From NCBI GenBank assembly GCA_037379345.1, contig CM074516.1:24552001-24616000 (forward strand): a stretch of DNA of 64,000 bases, read 5' to 3'. The stretch comes from Perna viridis (taxonomy: Eukaryota). Shown in pieces: positions 55,809-64,000 of the stretch. The position numbers were made by a program, and so were the translations under genes. Each line of letters starts with the position of its first letter. The stretch's first letter is position 1. The notes beneath the pieces were generated by a model. That model ran no database searches, was not told the origin of the DNA, and was given only the letters and a program-made list of their open reading frames with translations.

Positions 55809-57786
55809 AGATCTGTAACAGCTGTGTCTGACTGATTTTTTTTCTTCGAAATGCATAACTACACACGAACTTCTATAATTAAAATCATGAACCCGTGAAC
55901 AGAGGACGGTTAATGTAAAAGATTATAAGTTGCATGTACATTGACAAGTTTTGGATGATAAACCAGAATGTTTTCTAAAATATCTGGGGGTTTTTCTTGT
56001 GTCTGGATATATATGAATTGGTGTGATTTTTACCACTATCAAATAAACGGACTTTTATATATGATTTTTACCACTACAATTATAAACGGATGTTGTGAGT
56101 TTTACCATATCTTCTGTAACCGGTATTAGTTTACCAATACAATACACCAAAACGCGTCACAACTATATAGCAAGATTTTCGTAATTGAGCGTTTACATTT
56201 TACAAACAGATTTTGCTACGATCGCAACCATTCCTTTGGTGATCTACTTCAAACAGCATAAATCACTGCATGTGGAAGAAAACTTTTCCTTTCGATCTTG
56301 TTCTTTATACACAAAGTAAACATGAAGGAATATATAGAGTTTGTAATTATGCAAGAACCCATTTGCTCAAATATTACAGTGTCTAAATCATAGTTTGTAC
56401 TGCTAATGGATAACAATATGTTCGGTTACTTTAATGTCGTAAAACAACACTGATTTGGTTACAGATTACTAATTTGGAGGAAGGTTGACTCCCTTGACTA
56501 CCTTTCCGGGTCTCGCAAGCACGGCGATATCACTTAATTTACCTGAACAAGAGGAATTTCATTTGGTTGTTTTTGATGCACATATATTTGTTTGATATTA
56601 TGGTTAAAACGATTTTTATTTTTACAGTTGATGGTGATGCTATAGTAGATTTGGGAAACCGTAATAACCAACACAAGCAGCTAGATTGTGAAACGTCTAT
56701 TTTTCGTGTATTTGAGTGTATTCTGAGTATTAAATCAAAAGCATGCGCAAAACTGATTTTCTTAATTCATTATTGCATAATTGCACTATGCAGTATGCAT
56801 GTGTAAGGAATAACCTGTCACTGGCTGGTTGAGAACTAAAAAGATCTAAATGTAAATAGTCCACGATTAGTACTCTTAACCGAAAACAAAGAACCCAAAA
56901 TCCAGTGCAAGGAACCTCCCCTGTGGACTTAATGGGCTCTCCTATACAGAGTGGGAAAAAATCATAAAGCATGAACACTATTCATTACAGATTCGTTAAT
57001 CTATTTCTGTTGCACTGTACTAAATAAAGAAGTTTAGTGCAGAGGTATAAAGCTTTGAAATAGCGAATATACCATACGCAGGAGACTGGTACAATGAACG
57101 AAGCTAAGTTCCTTGCAATTTGGGGACGGGGTGCATTGTGTAGTACGACAAACTTTTGAAAACAAACCTATGACATTATGCAAGTTATGCAGGCCCTTAC
57201 TATTTGGCTATGCATGGTATACCATCGCGGTTCTCTGTTCCATAAGTATTGGTACAATGAGGACATATTGGTTGGCGTGGCCGTCTCTGAAGTACTTGGG
57301 TACTCTTCTTTAAACAAATGTGTAACATGTATGTATGTAAATCATTCAGTTTCTGCTCAGGGTAAGGCGATAAATTGTCAAAAGAAAAATATAAATCACA
57401 ATAAAGCCAATATGATACAACAGACCATATGACTAACAAAATCAGAGGAAGACACAACAAACAATAAATAAAAAAACTAAAGATAAAATATAACAATTAA
57501 ATCATAGATAAAACAAGGTTAGTACAAAAACTAAAGGTAAGTTAACTTACAATCAATATATATTTAATGAAATAAAATAGCTTAATAAAATTTAAAGACT
57601 TACTCAATACAAACAACAGTCTTTTCGCAGTATACAACTTTTCATGTCTAATAAATTACCATGTTTTGTTGTAACATAATTATTGTATGACAAACCTTGG
57701 ATATGATATAACAATAGTAAAATCGTACACATTTTACATTTAACGAAGCAATCCAAATAAAAGACGAACTTCTAAGAATTTGTTTT

Positions 57787-58277
57787 CTATTGCCGTATTT
57801 ATATTTATTCTAATTGGTAGATATCTAATAAATATATATTAATTTATAAGATATCTGATAAAATTTATCAGATATCTTATATCTTATAAAATTTTGTTTC
57901 AAACATGCCATATAAAGTTTCTGAGATATCCTATGAAAGTTTGGCAAAAGTAAACATTGGCTTAAATGATACTAACAGACCCAGTTCCTGCATGCTCCGA
58001 CTCATATATGTCGACCCTAAATTTAAGGATCATTAATTGTTGTAAAATTACTGTGAAGATGTGAAATTTATAAGATATCTTTTAAATCATATGAGATATA
58101 TTTTAAACTGTATGAGATATCTTATATCAAATAATTCATAATTCATAAAGAACACTATGTAAGGTAGCTCACTTTATAAGATATCTTGCATTTTTTATAT
58201 CTTATCAAAACTAGATGATGTTCACTAAATTATATAAGGTATTTAGAAACTGGAATAAATATAAAGGCGTACCATAG
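57787..58277. mobile_element. MITE-like element with internal AGATATCT repeats
   Basis: Imperfect TIRs CTAT..TTTATATTTATTC / GAATAAATATAAA..ATAG; about 10 internal (A)GATATC(T)-type motifs. Confidence 0.5.
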
Positions 58278-58499
58278 TTTCCGAGGTAATTTGGATAACC
58301 TAGGCTATCGTCTGCTATAATGCATAGTTTATGTGCAAGTTTTAACCAGAATTAACAACGAAAAAATAAAAATAAAAATACTGTGTATGATTAAACATGT
58401 GTATACAGTACTTTAACCAAGTCATGCAGGTATTTCTGGCCTCTGCTTGTCTTGTTTTGCTTTCATCTTTAGTTTATCTTTATGTTTCTTGTGTATATA

Positions 58500-58655
58500 G
58501 GGCCAACTCTTTCGCTGTATTTGTTGGGACCAGTTGAAGCCTGCCCTGTGGTGTGCATGATGGTTTCCTCGTCGTTCATTGACGACTAATGGGTGGTCTT
58601 GTGCTGACATTTGTTGTCCCTTTGACATATTCATCATACATATTCTTGTTTTATT
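58500..58655 (+). mobile_element. SINE 3' fragment (Nin/Deu-like by recollection)
   Basis: CCAGTTGAAGC...TCCTCG..TTCATTGACGAC.AATGGGTGGTCTT..GCTG...TTGTTGTCCCTTTGACATATTC...TTTTATT resembles the core and tail of molluscan SINEs. Family assignment not verified. Confidence 0.45.
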
Positions 58656-59920
58656 AACATGTTGCTTTGACCTGAATCTACGGAATATTTTGAATAAGTT
58701 TAAATATTTAATCGGCTTATATTTACTAGTGCTTAAATTTCAATAAAACGATTGAATTCAGTTTAATTTCAGGTGACCTATTTCGGTACTTTTAATTTGA
58801 TTATCTCCCAGTTAATGATAGTAGTCAAAGGTCAAATTCGATTTTTTTCAAGTTCGTGATTTTTTTCATTTTTATCAAACTTTCTTTTTAGCTCACTGAA
58901 CCAAATGTCCATTTAAACTTTTGACATCCATTTACGTTCGTTGACGTATGTCGTCGCCGTCGTTAACATTTCTGAAAAAAAAATCTCCTCTGGGTAACGC
59001 GTCGATGTTTAAGGCAACTCCTTTGTGTGTGTGTGTAAATGTGTACTTTGAAATCCCTATTATTAAAGAAGTCTTACATTAATTAATATATTTACAGTAC
59101 ACAGAGACCAATGCATTAGAACCCACCAAACTTATCTCGTGTCACTGGTCGAGACCTAACTAGCATCATTCGTGTTAAAAACAAACGAGAAAGCCTGTCG
59201 AAATCCCAGTTGCCATAATAAGTTGTTAATATTAATGTTAACCCCTTATTTGCACAAAAATTTAACTTATGGCCATTGTTCATCACTTTATGTTGTGGAT
59301 GGTATCAGTAACCCAAAAAAAGAACTGAATATAAATTTTACTGCAATTTTATTGCATAGCATTTATACAGCTATCATGAACAAATTTCAATTTGACAATT
59401 TTTCCTATTGAACGTTTAGTGCTCAATGTAAGCTATCGTCAGTGCATACTTACTTCAACTTTGCATAAATATATTAAAAATGTATACTGTACTTCACTGG
59501 ACCTGCGTCTTCATCATATGCATTATATGGGCCTTGCTTAGTACATATGTTAAGGTTTTTTTTTTATCGTTTGTTTGTTTGTTTGTTTTGTTTTAGTTCT
59601 TTTGTTTGTTAGTTAGTTAGTTTCAACAATGAATTGCACGATTTTTTATAGCACTGTTTACACAAATCTCAATAGCTTTGATGAAGATACATGCACGATC
59701 TGAGTACATTTACTTTTATTATAGCACTAGATAGAACGAAACACTATATAGCATTCCCTGATCAGCGAGTTCCATATAAAAACAAAAAGGGTGATGACTG
59801 GGGTATTCTTCGGGAATAGTTTCCAGCTAGGTGTACGGTTTTGACCGTTTCCATATCCATCACATGATAACCAGGAATTTTTTGAAAGCCTTTAAATGTT
59901 TCCTAACAAAGATATTTCTT

Positions 59921-61199
59921 TTATACTAATCCCATTTGTCTTTGAATAGATTTGGCCATATCAGCTTTCTTTCCTAAATACAGATTTTCAGGATTCGGAG
60001 GAGGAATCACTTTCACCGATTTTTTGTCATCCTCTTTTTTCTCGTCTTTTTTTGGAGGAGGTTTCATGCGTTGCACGGGTGTCTTAACTTCAACTTTAGC
60101 CCATGCATAAGGGTCAGCCCCAGGCTTTGCAAAAAGAATAAACAAATGTCCACATGATCCAACGCATGGTATAATGCAACATCTTATAACTGGTCTACAA
60201 CAACGAAACATGTCCAAAAATAACCCGAAAAGTTTCAAAAACGGAGTAAAAATCCATATATGTTGAAAACCAATACATCCAAAACAAACACCCCAGTAAG
60301 CCGCTAACCAGAAACCACACAGCAGTGTTACTAATCCATAGCACAAGTTCTTAAAACACGAAAACAAAATAAATGAGCATTCCCAGATAATGTCACATGA
60401 GTGTATTCCATCTGGTTCACCTAACACGTCTGGATATCTTATCTGAAATTAACAAAATGAATCTATCTTTAATTGTTTTATATGATAATTTAGCACATAC
60501 AAATACATATATTGTAATAGATCTAATCGGCAACAACATATTGTTATACATATGATTATAACATTCTCCCCGTTTAAGTCAGTATTGTGATGCCTGCGTT
60601 ACGCTTTATTATTATTTTTTTTTTTTGCACATTTTTGGACTTTTAAGAGTGATTTGTTTTCCCCTGTTATATTCGTGCTTCTGGTGTCTTTTTCCAAGAG
60701 TTTCCCCTAGTACCTGTTCTGCTTACAGCTGAATGCCAGGGAATTCTTATTACATGTAAGTACAAGGACGTCATTAGATTATCAAATGCATATTATCAAA
60801 GTGATAAATTTGATTTTTTTTTAATTTAGTACTATCAAATAGTGTAAACGCAGTTATTATCGGGTGTACTCATTTTCGCTATTTTCACGGTGGGCGGATA
60901 AGCCCGGGAAATATTATCAGCCAAATTGATCAGCTAAACATGTTAATTTAAAAAAGGTAACTGCGTAAAATTGATAGTTTACAATATGCAAATGTACAAT
61001 AGCGATATACTACGGCAGGACTATATATGTGATGGTGGGAGCAAGCCTCTGTCCCCTATGTGCTTTAAATAATTACCCGTAGATGCTCGTTTATGTGATT
61101 TGGGTCCCTGTCTTCCTGTTCCTTGGGTTGCTGAGTAGTCCTTTGAGTGGGCTGGGTCTGTTGAGATGAGGACGGTCCCACCTTTGGATTTGACGCCAT
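59921..61199 (-). CDS. Caveolin family protein (214 aa, Cys-rich, C-terminal extension)
   Basis: complement(join(61077..61199,59921..60442)). EDRDPNHINEHLR|IRYPDVLGEPDGIHSCDIIW matches the caveolin RDP..N / FEDVIAEP.G.HS.D.IW signature, followed by a long hydrophobic segment with HIW..TP. Confidence 0.88.
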
Positions 61200-62759
61200 T
61201 CTAAATCAAGTCTGCTACCGAAAAAATCGAAATTCAAAAAAGTGGTCAATGCTCCCTCAGAGAACAATTTCCATTTTAATAGATCCCTCGAACTATTATC
61301 ATTCTATAGCAAGATGTCGATCTGCAAACATTCAAAGACGTGATCAGAATCCAGAAGTCGTGTGTGATTTCACAAATTTCTCGATCACCTCACACCACTG
61401 TTTACATTGTTGCTCAGTTTTACAGTTGTTTGTTGTAATATGTATTTCCAATTTTAATCCTTAAAGCATGTATGCCTATTTAATAATGGTCATTTGGTCA
61501 TTTAAAAGTTTGTTATGCGACTTAAAACCGTGAAACATTTAGGAGTTTAAACCTTTACGTCAGTAAGTAATTAAAGTAGCTGACCCATGTACAGTGAACG
61601 TGTAAATAGCAGACTTGTTCGCTTGTCACTTATTAAAAAATCTAAAAATAAACGCTTTCTCGGCGAGATTTAATAATTGCATTTCTAAGTGATTTTCGAT
61701 ATAAAAATTAAACGCAATCATGTTCTTTTATTTTTATACTAAAAGAGCAACAGCTAATAATTGTCATGTCGTTCCAAAGCCTCTTTAAAGTTTGTTTCCG
61801 TTTTATTAATTATGTTTTGAACAAATCGTTCTTCAAGGCTCATCATTTGTGATCACTGACTGTAGTCATACGTGTATTCCTTTAGAAGAAAGTCGAACTT
61901 CCATGGAAAATATCACCATTAAAGAAACAATAAGCAATAAAGTCAAGAATGCTTTTGAATGCCATATCAAAGATTATCTAATATCATCCCTTCCTTACAG
62001 TTTTCATGGTAAAAGCCATAAACAGCAAATATCACCATATCTGACTTCTATAGAAACATTCGTATTGACATTTATGTAGAAATTGATACGGGATCTTTTC
62101 ATCAATTAGAATTTTTCTATTCGCTGTAATTTAATATAAAATCCCAAATCAGCAAAATTCATTATTTCCAGCCTATCAAGGAGACAAGTGCCTTGGATAC
62201 CCCTATTCAAAACTTCCATTATTTGGACTTATCGCTATTTTTTTACGGTTAATATTAAATTATTTCACCATTATTCCATTATTTAATTTCTAAATAAAAA
62301 ACAGAAGAAACATCATTTCTGGCCTTTCAAGAACAATACTAGGATTCCCTAACCCAAGCCTAGTTACATATTGTTGCCGATACTCAACATTAAATCGAAC
62401 TTGAAGTAATTTTTTTTACGCAATATGGGCCCAACCATACAGAAAACTTCAATTTAGTGTCTTGACAACATACATATGCATTTTGTATCTATACATCAAT
62501 ATAGTAAAGTTCTTTTTCACATCACATGATGTGTAATTTATATAACTTGTCTGAAATTAAGCATCATCCATTACTTGAATATTTGCAAAACAAATGATTG
62601 ATTGATTGATTGTAGTTTTAAAATCCTATTTAAATATAGGGAGCATTCATGCATTTCAGGACATGAACATTTGATAAATAAGACAGACAAATAAAGATGA
62701 AATACTTGTAGTTTATTTGCACAAGTTTTACATCTTCATCATGATCTTTATTTAGCATT

Positions 62760-63263
62760 CAGGGGGTGACAATTTGACTCAGAGGGACGGGGAGGGACTG
62801 GCAGTTTCTGAAAATCAGGCGCGTAGCTGCCGTTAGGCAAAAAAGCTTTTGCCTGCACTTAATTTTGCCAATTTTTTTTTTTTTTTTGAGATAAAATACA
62901 TCAAGGAGGCATAAATGATGCTCTAAAACGCTATCTCCGCGGAGCTTCGGGGGGGGGGGCTTTGCTCCCCTGGACCCCCACACCCCCTGCCGTAATTTTG
63001 CCTACACTTAAATTTGGCCTCAGCTACGTGCCTGAAAATAAATATCTTGGCCTTGCAAAATTTGAAATAATTATTCTGGTCTCCACTACCTACGACATAA
63101 AACAATCTGGCTTCCAGATTATACTGTACAGTATAATGAAAATAGGTAATCTATCCATTTAGCATTTGAAAATCAATTTTCTGATTTGCATTTTTTTAAA
63201 AATAAATAATTTGTCCAAACCAAAACAACAAGGCATCCCCTTGAATCAAAATGGCTGTCCCCT
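62760..63263. mobile_element. MITE hosting a nested MITE
   Basis: Imperfect TIRs AGGGGGTGACAATTTGACTCAGAGGGA / TCCCCTTGAATCAAAATGGCTGTCCCCT. Confidence 0.5.
62816..63034. mobile_element. MITE (longer copy of the 4642-4822 family), 5-bp TSD AAAAT
   Basis: CAGGCGCGTAGCTG / CAGCTACGTGCCTG; AAAAT at 62811-62815 and 63035-63039. Confidence 0.92.
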
Positions 63264-64000
63264 AATAGTGACAGTGAAATGAAGAACGATCAATTTGCTA
63301 CTGGCAAAGCAATTTAAAAAAGGTGCAAAAACAAAATAAAAACATGACCTAATGGCCTTATGAACCATCTATACAAAACAAATAAATAATTATACATTTA
63401 TCTTCATGGCATTGTTTGTTACTGTCCGAAAAATATCAATAAATGAAATGTTCTAAACAATTTTGCTTCATTGAATTGTAATTATTAAATTTAATTAAGC
63501 CATATTATACAATGGAATTCAAGCCATTAAAAAGAATTAAATAAAATCATAGGATTTCATTGTTATTGTTTTTACCAGTATCACAAAACGTGTAACTTCT
63601 TATTTCTAGACAAATTCAGATTCAGATAAACCAATCATTTCTTGGTCAGAAAAATAACAAATATTTACCCAGATAAACCATAGGAATGTCTAAAGTGTAA
63701 GAATAAGACTATTCAAACTTGCTTTTTATTTGTTGTTGCCATACTGTTTACATGAAAACCAATGAAAGAGCATGTATACTCTCCCCTCCCCCTCCAAAAA
63801 AGTAATGAGGCCATTTTTCACATTGCTCAAAGCCAGAAAAAATGCTAAAGGAGGTGTTTCGGAGATTTTATCCTATTTCTATTGCAACCATAAAGAGACA
63901 GGTTAGGGCCTCAGAACCAAGATTTTTTTTAATTTGGCCTACTTACAAGTATTGTCTTTAGGGACTTATCTAAGAAGTAGAGAAAGCTATCATAAAAAAG

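Overview
AT-rich, intron-containing eukaryotic (animal) genomic DNA. The repeat families suggest a bivalve mollusc, but that is inference. There is one 170-N assembly gap at 33026-33195. Four host genes can be spliced together by hand with GT-AG junctions and consistent phases. (1) A 586-aa single-pass receptor (+, 10607-21010) with signal peptide, Cys-rich SUEL-lectin-like domain, CUB-like domain, Ser/Thr stalk, TM helix and a Tyr-motif/ITIM-like tail. (2) Dynein light chain Tctex-1/DYNLT1 (+, 33867-39493) with a tandemly duplicated, apparently mutually exclusive exon 4. (3) CCDC174 (-, 42693-54286, 11 exons). (4) A Cys-rich caveolin (-, 59921-61199). The rest is mostly mobile DNA. There are two copies of a decayed Ngaro-type tyrosine-recombinase retrotransposon (gag, RT/RNase H, YR, SGNH hydrolase), duplicated together with their flank (1-5806 vs 25341-30937). 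Also present are Penelope-like RT fragments with a structured 3' end, RTE and I-clade LINE remnants, a near-intact Tc1 DD34E element, several MITEs, and a 46-bp minisatellite apparently derived from a SINE tail. The most interesting leads are the duplicated DYNLT1 exon, the ITIM-bearing lectin-like receptor, a possibly spliced SGNH hydrolase and structured 3' region in the YR retroelement, and the conserved Penelope-like 3' RNA fold.
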